DNA from: Octopus sinensis
Taxonomy: Eukaryota
NCBI RefSeq assembly: GCF_006345805.1
Contig: NC_043003.1
Span: 3,534,001 to 3,598,000 of the forward strand
Length of the DNA: 64,000 bases
Direction: 5' to 3'
How positions within the stretch are numbered: position 1 is the first letter of the stretch; each line of letters opens with the position of its first letter. A program made the position numbers and the translations under genes. This document shows positions 12,701 to 26,512 of this stretch, piece by piece. The notes under the pieces are model-generated. The model did not search any database. It saw only the letters and a list, made by a program, of their open reading frames with translations, and was not told the DNA's origin.

Positions 12701-15700
12701 AAAAGGAGCTTTTCACGTGCCACCAGCATCGGTTGCTTTGCCTCCATGAGGCCCAACACTTGCAATGTGCTTTTTACATACCAGTTTCATGACACCAGCA
12801 TCAGCCACGACTACGACTTCACTTGGTTTGGGAGGTCTTCTCAAGGAAAAGCAGATCGCTAGAAATCTGGGATAAACACTTATTGACTGAGACATCTGAT
12901 GGAGATTAGGGACAAACTAATCTGGTAGAAAACAGAAAGAATATTGGTTTCAAATTTTGGTAGGAGGGGCAAATCATTACATTGAACCCCAGTATATGTT
13001 AGTTAGTTAGTTAGTTAGTTAGTTAATTTGGCTCAAAAGCAAATAGCAAGGCCATGTAGGGGGACATGGAGTTAAGTACAGGGTGGTGTTCATGTAAAAA
13101 GTTCAGGCCACTTGAGGTCAAGGGAGGCTTTGAACAAAGCGGTTGTCGGCATCTTCACCATCTCGTCTGGCAGCTTGTTCCACGGATCCGCAACCCGGAC
13201 GGAGAAAGCTCCTCTCCTTCGATTGAGATGAAATCGTCGCAGGTAGAGCTTTTCGGAATGACCCCGCAGCCGACGCTCTGGAGCAGGAGTGAAGAACAGC
13301 TCTTTCGAGAGGTTACACTTTCCGCTTATGATGTTGTGGGCGAGAATGAGATCACCACGGCGGCGGCGTTTTTCAAGAGAATAAAGGTCGAGCGTCCTCA
13401 GCCTTTCTTCGTAGGACAAATTTTTGAGACCATGAACCATGCGGGTAGCCAGCTTCTGGACTCTTTCGAGATGCTGTATGTCTTTGAGGAGATAAGGAGA
13501 AGAGGCTTGAATCCCATACTCCAATATGGGTCCCACCAGCGTGACATAGAGTGGTAGGAATATGGCTGCTGTGAGCATTCCGAATGACCGTCGAATCAAG
13601 AACAGAATTCCGCGTGCTTTGTTGGCAGCATGGACGCACTGGGCCGAAGGCGAAAAGGAGGAATCCACCAAGATACCTAGGTCCTTTACCTGATCGGTCC
13701 TCTCCAGGTATGGAGGCGCAATGGCCCAGTGGTTAGGGCAGCGGACTCGCGGTCGTAGGATCGCGGTTTCGATTCCCAGACCGGGCGTTGTGAGTGTTTA
13801 TTGAGCGAAAACACCTAAAAGCTCCACGAAGCTCCGGCAGGGGGTGGTGATCCCTGCTGTACTCTTTCACTACTCTTTCTCCCACTCTTTCTAAAACAAT
13901 GTGAACGCATTGTGACCAGCGATGTGTAACTACATCTGATGGACTGGTCGGTCACGTGATCACGTGATATTACAGGTACTTATTTTTATCAAGTTTGAAA
14001 GGGTGAAAATCAAAGCTGACCTCGATGGAATTTGAACTCAGAACGTAAGGACGGATGAAATGATGCTAAGCCTTTTACCCAGCACGACAACAATTCTGGC
14101 AGCACTCTGCCTTGGAAACAAAGAATATTATACAAGCAAAACTCACCAAAATTGTGTGTTAGTGAACGTCAACGGAAGTGGAATGTTTTGTGATATTTGA
14201 AACAAAGGATACGGCATTCCAGAACAGAGTTCAGGAGACAGGTAACATGGGGTGCCAACAACCTGGAAGAGAGAAGTTTTGGTAAAAGGTGACGTGTCTC
14301 ACAATGTGTGCGTGTGCGCTTGTGAATTTGTTTTTAACATATTGGATATCAATAAACCACTGTTAATCATTCAGAGACACCATCAGCATGGAATAATAAT
14401 AGTGAAGTTTGTGTTAACATATTTAATGTAACGATTCTAGTTGGAAATAATTATGTGGTGAAGAAAAGACAATATCAGTCTACTGATTGATGTTATTTTA
14501 ATTATTTCAGCAAATATAGAAAGAGATGTAGACATGTTTTAATAAGGCATAGGTGTCGCACTAGTTGCTAATGTAATAATGAGAGCTTCACTAACGAGAG
14601 AGGAACAATGTTATATGAGAGGAAGTGTGAAAAATTGGAACGCTTAGAATAAATAGATTTATACTTTAGCAAGAACAGTGAAAGATGCACTTCACTTATG
14701 AGGTTTAATACAGCTGAAACATGTCTCAGTTGTTTCCCTTCCTTACCAAACTACCATAAGCCATTTAGATAATGATGTTGTCTTTTCTCGAACACATCAT
14801 CATCATCATTTTAATGTCCACTTTTCCATGCTTGTATAGGTCAGAGGGAGATTCATTCTATGACCACATGCCCTTCTGCTTCCTGTTGCCAACCCTCACC
14901 TCTTTCAGAGTAAGGTCATATTTCCCCGTGGCTAGGAATATTTTCACGGACGATTGGAAACGAAGGCCACAGCCTGTATGACAGGGACGCTCATTTACAA
15001 CAATTACATGAGGCCAAGACAAGGAGATATTAACACACACACACACACACACAGAGGCACAGGCGTGGCTGTGTGGTAAGAAGTTTGCTTCCCAGCCACA
15101 GGGTTCTGAGTTCAGTCTCACCCCATGGCATCTTGGGCAAGTGTCTTCTACAACAGCCTCAGCTTGACCAAAGCGTTGTGAGTGGATTTGGTAGATGGAA
15201 ACTGAAAGAAGCCCGTCGTATATGTATATGTGTGTGTGTGAGTGCCCTTGTGTCTGTAATTGTTTCTCACCACAGCTTGACAACCGGTGTTGGTTTTTTT
15301 ACATCCCTGCAACTTAGCAGCTCATCAAAAGAGACCAATTAAATAAGTGGCAGGCTTAAAAACAATAAAGAGCACTGGGATTGATTCGTTTGACTAAAAT
15401 TCCCCAGGGCACTGCCCCAGCATGGCCACAGTCAAATGACGGAAACAAGCAAAAGATAAAAAGATATAATTGAATGAAACCTCTCTCACTCTCTCTGTCT
15501 ATTTTCACCCCCACCTTTGCTATTCCTCCCTTCCCCCACACCCAAGCAAAGCAAAAAACATTCATATAAGAACAAGCAAAAAAACAAAAATGTCACATAG
15601 GCACAGGAGTGGCTGTGTGGTAAGTAGCTTGCTAACCAACCACATGGTTCCAGGTTCAGTCCCATCTTGGACAAGTGTCTTCAGCTATAGCCTCGGGCCG

Positions 15701-18700
15701 ACCAATGCCTTGTGAGTGGATTTGGTAGACGGAAACTGAAAGAAGCCTGTCGTATATATATATATATATATGCGTGTGTGTATTTGTGTTTGTCCCCCTA
15801 GCATTGCTTGACAACCGTTGCTGGTGTCTTTACGTCCCTGTTACTTAGCGGTTCGGCAAAAGAGACTGATAGAATAAGTACTGGGCTTACAAAGAATAAG
15901 TACCGGGGTTGATTTGCTCGACTAAAGGCGGTGCTCCAGCATGGCCGCAGTCAAATGACTGAAACAAGTAAAAGAGTAAAAGAGAGAATATACCAGAACA
16001 AAGAAGCGGTCAGTTTTTAATCATTTTGATTTTAATTCTTATTTTGAAGAGTTTTTTTAAACAAACATAAATACTAATAATAATAATAAATTACATAATA
16101 AAGAATTATCTAAAATACTAACTGCCTCCTTTATCCTCAGGATATACATATATATATATATATAGTTCATGTGTATGTATCCGACCACCGAATACTGAAG
16201 GCCCAGTATTCGGCTACCCCACTCCGTCTATTCTGAAAGACTCCAAAATCAAGTGGCAAGACGCGTGTGGAAAGTTACAAGGGAGATAACTCACGAATGT
16301 TTGTAACTGAAATTTCCAACTTGTGTAAGAAACTCTCACGAGTTTCTGAACAGCAGAAGGTCTTCAGAGAAGAAGCCCTGCTCGGGCAGGTGTTTGCCCC
16401 TTAATTTCTTACATTCTAAGGGGTCCAGGCCACGACTCTTGGGGGGTGCACTTCTGTTGATTCCTTTTTAGCCACTTGGGATATTGGAGACCAGTGCATT
16501 TAAACTGTTTGGAGGTTTCATCCAGTCGGAACTGCTCCCTGTTGACTCCGTTTCCAAAGAAACAACGTTGGTTGTCATGGTAGCAGTGAAACGTCAACGC
16601 TATGACAACGACTCCTTCAGTACCGAAATATAAAAACATTGCCTTCAAAAGGCATCAAGGTTGTTTTGATTCTGCCTCAACTAGACCCAGCTGGAGCAAT
16701 TCTCTGCTCTCTCTGATATTTCCTTTAGGGCTTTAATCTTGTTGTTCTTTCAAGAGAGTTGTTTCGTAACATCACAAGCAGATTTCCCACAAAACCTTTC
16801 ACTCCAACCTCTTTGGCACAAACCTTCGCTTAGAAGCTGGCATGACCATCACAACTTCCTATTTCTTGTCTTAACCTTTGTGATTCTTCATTTAATAGTT
16901 AATAATACTTTTCTGGAGGTAATGTTGTAGTAGTAGTAGTAGTAGTAAAAGCAGTAGAAGTAGTTGTTCTAGAGCCTTCAGGTCAGCCCTCATGGAGCAG
17001 ATATGATAAAAGATAATCCGACCTTGACCATCCCATCTTTTATTCAGGCATAATGTTTGAAGCATCACAATATCAAAGGAGGTTGTCTTTCAGCTTAGAC
17101 AGTAGAGTTTGATTTGAGGGAGATTTGGCTGCTATTTTCAACAGGTCAGGTTATATTGTTAAGGTGAGTCTTTCAATTCTAAATGATAAATCGAATTTGA
17201 CCAATATCTGATTCCATTTATTACAATTTGGTCTTTTATGATGTAAATTCCACAAGAATATTCTGAAGACAGGAACAATCTTTTTTGAATTTTCAAAGCA
17301 GAAAGTTTGGACAATTAAGCTTTCAAAGACAATAAAAATCTAATAAAACCAATATTCTTTCTTGCATTGCTTCTCTTTAATAAACCTCACTACCTCAGCG
17401 TTCATTATATTTAACACAACCTGTTCACTACAGTTAATAAAGTGTTGTTCACTAGATTTAATACAATACTGTTCAATGTATTTAACACAATATTGTTCAC
17501 TAGATTTAATACATTACTAAACTGTTTAGTATAGTTAATACCACACTGTTCATGGTATTTAATAGAACAGTGTTCACTATGGAGTAAAGATTGTTTGCCA
17601 ACATAACATGGCAGTCCTGGTTTAGGACGAATGTTGCTGTAATTTAGCCCCAGGAGACATCGTATCCAGCTGGCTATACGACACAATCTGTCATATTTTC
17701 GAACAAGGAAATCTAGGACACAAATCGTGTCGTATAGCCATCTGGAGACGATGTCTCCTGGGGCTAAATTACAGCAACATTCGTCCTAAACCAGGACTGC
17801 CATGTTATGTTGGCAAACAATCTTTACTCCATAGAACTGTTGCTGAATATCTCTTGTTGTGAGATTTACAAATAGTAATTTTCTAGTGCTCACTATTTCT
17901 AACACAACACTGTTTGCTAAATTTTATTCCACATTACCACATTTACGAGTTTTGCTACAACTCTGAGAAAAAATTTTCATCTATAATTTTTCAAATTTCC
18001 TCATTTTAAACTCCTCTCCGATTCTATCTCACCTCTAATCTTCATTCAGCCATAAATCCGCCACCACACATACAAACGGTCCTTTATTGTCATTTTCGTT
18101 CTCTCGTCCCCAATGCTTTCATTCCGTTTCCTTCCATGCGACTAGTCTTACCGTATAAGCTTTACTTTTGCTGCTAAGAACTTTGGAAATGCCAAAGTCT
18201 CCGATTTTGACAATCTGCTTCTTTTTGTCTAGGAGTATGTTCTGTGTCTTGAGGTCTCGGTGAAGAATTTGTTTGGAGTCAACATGTTGAAGAGACAACA
18301 GCATCTGAGCAAAGTAATGCAGGATGACCTGTGGGAATGAAAAATAAAAGAGAAATAGATCTACAGACATTTTGCCATCATGATTTCACGCTTGTCTTCC
18401 AGGGGTTCGATGGATTGAGAGGGGCCGGCAACCCAGAGGCTTTGACATGGTTTCTACAGTTGGGTGTCCTTCCTAATGCCAACCACCTTCCAGAGTGGAC
18501 TGGGTGCCTTTATCTGGCACCAGTGAGTTTACCACGTAACTTACAAGACAAGACTCCACCCAGTTGGAGAAGGGGTGGGGGGTGGGACAGTCTTGAGGGT
18601 GGTGGCTTTGTGTTGGGGGTGATGAGAGGTTAGAAAGTGATGGAGGGACGGGGACAGGTGGCTTGCTGTAGGGGTCATACATGGTTATCCGAGTTGGAAA

Positions 18701-20247
18701 GGACAGAGGATGGTGGAGAAGATGTGTCAGGGCACACCCTCAAGTTAGAGGAAGCTGAAAATACAATTAGTGATGATGATTATGATAATGTTGATAATGA
18801 TTATGATGATGATGATTATGAAGATGATGATACAGAAGTTTATTCAGGGTGAGTGGGTACAATTTACATAAATTTGGTTTTCTGGTCAGAGAATAAACTG
18901 GTTCTCACTGTGACATGAAGGTCATCATTGGTGACTTCCTGTAGTGGAGATGACCTTAGTTAATGAGATAACTAAGGTTAATGAAGCATGCCCACTAATT
19001 AACTGAAGAATCAGTTGTCTGTCTCTTGTTATAACACAGTATTTATGTTGAATACAATGAAACAAAGCTGCTCTAGTCCCTCTACTTGTCAATAGGTACC
19101 ATGAGGTAGTGTTGTTTATCACAGCAAGGGATGGGGATGGGGGGGGGCAACCATTTCAAAGGTTGTTGTTTAACCTCAGGTCAGTCTTGTGATCATTTTA
19201 CCACTGACCATCTCATCTTCCTTTGGGGAACTAGGACTACATTATCCTTTCTTAAAATGGGAAAGTGTGGTTTGAAGGAGATCTGACTGCCATTTCTAGC
19301 GAGTCAAGCAGCCATGTAGAATGTCTCTCTTTGGTGGTCTTGTAGTGCTGAGTTCAAATCTAGCGTAAGCATAATTTGGGAAAAGCTTCCTTGCTCAAGA
19401 AGCTCTGACAGCCCGAGACACTCTTCAGTGGGATGGTGTCTTTTCTAGTCTAGGCACAAGGCCTGAAATTTTTGGCAAGGGGACCAGTCAATTAGATTGA
19501 CCCCAGTACACAACTGGTACTTAATTTATCAACCCTGAAAGGATGAAAGGAAAAGTTGACCATGGTAGAATTTGAACTCAGAACATGCCGGACCCCCCTG
19601 GCACCTGTGCAGGTGGCACGTAAAAAGCACCCACTACACTCACGGAGTGGTTGGCGTTAGGAAGGACATCCAGCTGTAGAAACTCTGTCAGATCAGACTG
19701 GAGCCTGGTGCAGCCCCTGGCTTCCCAGATCCCAGTCAAACCGTCCAACCCATGCTAGCTGGGAAAATGGACGTTAAACGATGATGAGGATGATGAACAT
19801 AAATATAGACGTAATACCGCTAAGCGTTTCGCCTGGTGTGTGAGCAATACAAGAAGTTCAATTAGCAGTGACCACCACTAAATGTATCCAGTTAATACTA
19901 AGGGGCTGCATGCGTGTGTGTGTGTGTGTGCGTGTGGCAGGGGGCGGGCGATAATAACTGGAACAGGGGAAAGTTAGGGAATCTCAGCAACAAGAGCTCA
20001 AAGCTTCTGTTCTACCAAAACAGTCAAGTATATTGTTCTACCAGATCATCATCATCATCATTGTTGTTGTTGTTTAATGTCCATTTTTCTTGCTGGCATT
20101 GGTTGGATGGTTTGACATGGAGCTAGCCAGCCGGGGAGCTGTCCAGATTCCAACTGTCTGGTTTGGCATGGCTCCTACAACTGGATGCCGTTCCTAAGAC
20201 CAACCACTTTACAGAGTGTATTGGGTGCTTTTTATGTGCCACCAGCG

Positions 20248-20287
<40 letters not shown>

Positions 20288-23200
20288 GGAGAGTGTGTGT
20301 GTTCTGTCAGACAATGAATCAAGCAATCATTGACGTCGTTGATAATGAAGACTGGCAGATTCCTGTGCAGGTGGCAAGCAAAGAAACACCGTTTTGACCT
20401 GCTGTGCTTGAGGAGATCCATTGAGTCAAGGACACCAACATCAAAGATCAATGGAAACTGCAGTTGTGGAACCTGTGCCGGTGGCACGTAAAAAGCACCA
20501 TCCGAACGTGGCCGATGCCAGCGCCGCCTGGCACCTGTGCTGGTGGCACGTAAAAAGCACCATCCAAACATGGTCGATGCCAGCGCCACCTAGACTGGCT
20601 TCCGTGCCGGTGGCACGTAAAAAGCACCATCCGAACGTGGCCGATGCCAGCGCTGCCTTGACTGGCTTCCATACCAGTGGCACATAAAAAGCGCCGTTCC
20701 GATCGTGGCCGTTGCCAGCCTCGCTTGGCACCTGTGCTGGTGGCACGTAAAAAGCACCCACTACACTCACAGAGTGGTTGGCATTAGAAAGGGCATCCAG
20801 CTGTAGAAACACTGCCAGATCAGACTGGAGCCTGGTGCAGCCTTCTGGCTTCCCAGATCCCGGTCAAACCATCCAACCTGTGCTAGCATGGAGAACGGAC
20901 GTTAAACGATGATGATGATGATGTTTGAGCTGATTCGAGATGTTTATGTAGTTGCAAGTAGATGTGGGCACCTTCTCAGCCCTTCGATATTGCTGACCCA
21001 GTGGGACATCAAAGTGCTGATAGTCTGAGAGACAGAGGGGTGCTCCAGTAGCTGGGCAAACTGAAGTAATGGAAATGAAGTACCTTGCTCAAGGACACAA
21101 TGGAATGCCTGGTCAAGGAACGGAACTCATGTCCATGTGATAACAAACCCAACACTCAACAACAAGGCCATATGCCTTCACACACTGTTCTATTAGATAG
21201 GCAGAGATACCATCAGATTCATGCAGTCCATGTTAATATGAGAAGACAAACACTTTTATAAATTACAAGGAAAAGTTAAAAGCAGAAATACTGACCTCTT
21301 CATCCAAAAGTTGTCCATTACGGCTCTGTAATAATTCAAACAATGTCCCACCTTTAAAAGAACAAAGAAACAAATCAGTAAAACAGTCTCTTTCTTTATT
21401 CTCCCATACTATTTTATACATTCACCTTTCAATGTCAGCATGTGATGTATATTTTATAAGAGTACTAGCAGTATTGCCCGGCGTTGCTCGGGTTTGTAAG
21501 GGAAATAACTATATAAGCATTTTTAGAGAGTTATAGCCAAAAAATAGCAAAAAAATGCATTAAAAATGGAAAACAAATGATGGTAAATTTTTTTTTAAAT
21601 CGTTGACTCATTGTAGACATTTTTAGAGAGTTACTTCCCTTATATAATAGCAAAAAAAATGCATTAAAATGGAAAAAAATGATGGTAAATTATTTTTAAA
21701 ACCGTAGACTCATCATAGATGCGCGCTAATACCCAGAAGGGCTCGATATGAATCACGACTATAAGATACCCAGTTTTGGTTAAACTGCACCGCAAAATGT
21801 GGGAGTAGTTAGGAATCTAAATCGTAGGAGACAGACACACAACCTCTCTTTTATATATAAAGATTATAAGAGTACATTTTATAAGAGTATTTGTTCTTAC
21901 AGCTGGATATCTTTTGTGACAATGGGCCTTAAGGATAACCCTTAACTCCTCTATAATCTTCTACATGCTAACTAGATATTTCATATCAGCCATAACTAGA
22001 TCAACATATACATATATCTCCTCATATACAATGGTCTCATACCAAATGCTGTCCTATGCACACACGTAGGTAGACATGGACACTGGCTATGTAACATGTA
22101 CACACACACACAAACAAATGCAAATGAAACATGCATAGACACATACGAAATTTACTCACATGAGCAGTGATCATGTGACACACAGATACACATATTCTAA
22201 AAACTTATGTGGGTAAAGAAGACCGTCACTAGTTTGCAACTGGTGGCAAACCTTGATCAGACAAGAATCCGTCAATGACAATGGTCTGTCATTGACAACA
22301 GTACATCACTGAAGACAGTGGTTCATCAATGACGAGGGGCTGCTACTGAAGTGATGAATGGCAGTAAAAAGAATCTGACAAAGAGATTAAGTGATGAAAT
22401 ATTTCATCATCGTTTAACGTCCACTTTCCATGCTAGCATGGGCTGGACGATCATGGGTTGGACAAAGCATGGGTTGGACGATCAGATAATCAATTAGTTA
22501 ACTGTTAAATTACTTAATGAGATGATTAACAACAGAACCAGTGTGTGTGTCTTCGTTGGTTAATGACCTACCCAAACATATTTTTAATAAAGAAATGTAA
22601 AATGGTTTTCTTTTATTCTTTTATTAGTTTCAATCAATGATTTGCGACCATGCTGGAGCCATTCTTTCAAGGGTTTAAGTTGATCATAAGTGGCCAATTT
22701 GCAGAGACCTTAGAACATTGGATAGAATACCTTGTGGTAATTGCTTTGTCAATCTCTGTACTCTGAGTTCAATTCCCAGAGAGGCCAACTTAACCATACA
22801 TTGTTCGATATTGTCTCCAGTCCTAGGACTCATAGGGGCCAGTTACCCAGTTTCTAGGCCCCGTAAATGACTGAGATCACAATACTCTTCCCAAACAGGA
22901 TGCCAGGCTGTTGCAGGGTCACTCCTTTACAGCTGAGTGAACTGAGGCAACGTGAAATGAAGTGCTTTGCTCAAGAACACAATGCATCACCTGGTCCAGG
23001 AATTGAAACCATGATTTTCTCACCACGAGAGCAACACCCTAACCACTGGGCCATGCACATTTACTGTCTTTTTAGGGTTGATAAAACAAAAAAAGTACAA
23101 ATCCAGGTTTGGTGAATTGGTGCAAGTCTTTGAGTGTCAGGTACTATCAGGCTGTTTGTGTTCTGACAGTAATGTCTGTGACTCCACCGGTCCATGTCTT

Positions 23201-26200
23201 TGACAATGTCAGCAGTGTGGTGATGGTGGTGATGGTAATAATGGAGGTATATATATGTATTGTTTTAAGGCGGCGAGCTGGCAGAATCGTTAGCACATCA
23301 TCATCATCATCGTTTAACGTCCGTTTTCCGCGCTAGCACAGGTTGGATGGTTCGACCGGGGATCTGGGAAGCCAGAAGGCTGCACCAGGCTCCAGTCTGA
23401 TCTAGCAGAGTTTCTACAGCTGGATGCCCTTCCTAACGCCAACCACTCCGCGAGTGTAGTGGGTGCTTTTTACGTGCCACCTGCACAGGTGCCAGGGGGG
23501 TCCGTCTGGCGAAATGCTTAGCGGTATTTCGGCTGCCGCTACGTTCTGAGTTCAAATTCCGCCGAGGTCGACTTTGCCTTTCATCCTTTCGGGGTCGATA
23601 AATTAAGTACCAGTTACGCACTAGAGTCGATATAATAGACTTAATCCGTTTGTCTGTCTCTCTGTGTAGCCCCTTGTGGGTAGTAAAGAAATAGATAATA
23701 ATGGAGGTGGGGCACTTACGTACCTGGACAGCTGCTAGTCCTCCTTTAAAAAACATTTCCCAGGTCTGTACACCGAAGCATAGATATATATGATGAGGGC
23801 CCTCACTAGTATGCCAAACCCCTTATTTCAGACTGGTGATTACTTTCCATCAATCTTCATTTACTCGGAATCGAAATTGAACCAATCCTATGACTGGCAT
23901 CCGGCAGTTGCCAGGACCCCTGGACTGGTGGTACGTAAAAAGCACTATCCGAATCGTGGCTCGACTGGCTTCCGTGCCGGTGGCACGTAAAAAGCACCAT
24001 CTGAATCGTGGCCGATGCCAGTGCCGCCTCGACTGGCTTCCGTCACGTAAAATGCACCAATCCGACCATGGCCGTTGCCAGCCTTGCCTGGCACCTGTGC
24101 AGGTGGCACGTAAAAAGCACCCACTACACTCACGGAGTGGTTGGCATTAGGAAGGGCATCCAGCTGTAGAAACATTGCCAGATAAGACTGGAGCCTGGTG
24201 CAGCCTTCTGGCTTCCCAGATCCCCGGTTGAACCGTCCAACCCGTGCTAGCATGGAAAGCGGACGTTAAACGATGATGATGATGATGATGATGAATGTAT
24301 TTTGTCAGGGACTTTAACACTTATGACCAATGTCCAAGCTAATGTAGTAGGAAGAGATAGATGTACTCCCGACCCCCACCCCTTACCCGGCTCTACACAC
24401 CTTGCTTCACAATGTCATAAATTGGTTTCAAATTTTAGCACAAGGCCAGCAATTTCGAGGGTAGATGTCAAGTTGATTACATCAACCACTATGTTCAAAA
24501 GGTAAGTATATTATCGATCCTGGAAGGAGGAAAGTCAAAGTGGATGGACTCTGGCAACATTTGAACTAGAAAGAAATGCTGTTAGGTCCTTTTTTTCTGG
24601 TGCAGCAACAATTCTGCCAGTTCGCCACCTTATCACAATGTCATACATTCGGGTCACTAAGGGTGAGTTGGGAAATTTCTGAGAAGCACGATAAAAAGCT
24701 GAGATTACAGTTATTGGTTTGTTATCTAAAAGTGGGAAAGGTGCAATGGTAAAGTAGATAGTCGTTGCATGTTTTGGGCTTCTAATCTCATGTTACAAGT
24801 TTTTTATCTTTTAAAACTGAATTGAGCTGTTCTGGGGGGAAAGGACACTTGTGTTTCGTACTTCACTTATCTGCCCATTATCAGTGAATGGGCCAAGAAG
24901 AGCATAAACCTCATGATTAATTAACCAGATTTTTAATGATTTCAACATTTGAAAGCGTCAATCTGATTTCTTTTACAGGTTCCCTTCAAAAGTGGATGTA
25001 GATAGACATGGTTGTGTGTTCAACTTTGTAACAGCTTGGAACTGGGTTTGATTCTATGCACAGTGTCATGGGTCACGTCTGCTACCATAGACCCATCTGG
25101 TGACTAATGCTTTAGAAGTGAAATCTGGTGACTGGCTCCCATGCCAGTGGCACGTAAAAAGCACCCACTGGCTCCTGTGCCAGTGACACGTAAAAAGCAC
25201 TCACTACACTCTCGGAGTGGCTGGTGTTAGGAAGGGCATCCAGCTGTAGAAACCTTGCCAGATCAGATTGGAGCCTGGTGCAGCCTCCTGGTTTGCCAGC
25301 CCCCAGTCAAACCGTCCAACCCATGCCAGCATGGAAAGCAGACATTAAACGATGATGATGATAATGAAACTGTCCAAGCACCCAGAACATTCTGTAAAGT
25401 GGTTGGCATAAGGAAGAGAATCAAGCCTTAAGGACCATGTCAAAAGAAGACATTAAAGCTTGGGTCAGTCATGTGGCCCACCAGTTCCTGTCAAACAGTC
25501 AAACCCATGCCAGCACTGGAAACAGACATTAGATTATGATGATGTGTCTACGTGTGTGTGTGTGTCTGTCTTTGGCCAATGTATTTCAGCAACAGATAGA
25601 CACACTGGTGAGGAAACCATTAAATTAGCACATTCCAACAGAAGCATCCTATTTTGCTTAGTCTCCCCAAGTTGCACAGGGACCCCTTGATGATTTTTGC
25701 TTTAACACATACAGAAGACCAGGGACGAACCAATTGGGAAACTGTAATAAACAGCAATATTCATCATCATCATCATCATCATCATCGTTTAACGTCCGCT
25801 TTCCATGCTAGCATGGGTTGGACGGTTCGACCAGGGATCTGGGAAGCCAGAAGGCTGCACTAGGCTCCAGTCTTATCTGGCAATGTTTCTACAGCTGGAT
25901 GCCCTTCCTAACGCCAACCACTCCGTGAGTGTAGTGGGTGCTTTTTACGTGCCACCTGCACTGGGGCCAAGCGAGGCTGGCATAGGCCACGGTTGGATTG
26001 GTGCATTTTACGTGCCACCTGCACGGAAGCCAGTCGAGGTGGCACTGCTCATACAAAATATTATCTTCAACATCATAGTTTTAATGTCCCTTTTTCATTC
26101 TCGTGTAGATCAGAGAATGTTTATTGCTTCAGGTTTTCTACAGCCAGAAACCCTTTTTTGCTACCAACCTTCATCCGTCTTCAAGCAGGGTGACATTTCC

Positions 26201-26446
26201 CCATGGCCAGACATGTTTTTGCACAATGTTGAAAATGAATGACACTGCTTGTCTGCCAGTGACACTCACTTAGGACTATCAAGGAATGTCAAGATACAAC
26301 ACACACATTCACTGTTTCCCACCATATATACACATATATATCTCAAGGTGGAAAAACGTTTAGTAGCATTTTGCATATGTATATATATATATATATTATT
26401 TATATTACTATATATATTCGTTTCTTTTCTTTTCTTCTCTCCAGTA

Positions 26447-26512
<66 letters not shown>

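Larger units (their letters stand above)
10740..14212 (-). other. U12-type (GT-AG) minor-spliceosome intron 5 of NEK8
   Basis: 5' splice site GTATCCTTT (14212-14204); branch site TTCCTTAAC (10759-10751) 10 nt before the terminal G; no polypyrimidine tract. Confidence 0.9.

Noticed and set aside
13712-13785. tRNA genes at SINE heads (families A, B, C)
   Set aside because: A and B boxes are present, but each continues into a SINE body and I could not fold a complete cloverleaf.
14695-14728. Possible old hammerhead relic CTTATGAG..TGAAACATGTC
   Set aside because: Core mutated, stem II weak, stem I absent; too degenerate to support.
20460-20770. CRISPR-like array (constant ~20 bp repeat, variable linkers), also at other loci
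   Set aside because: Linkers are homologous to each other, the array is part of an RTE 3'UTR, the context is eukaryotic and there are no cas genes.
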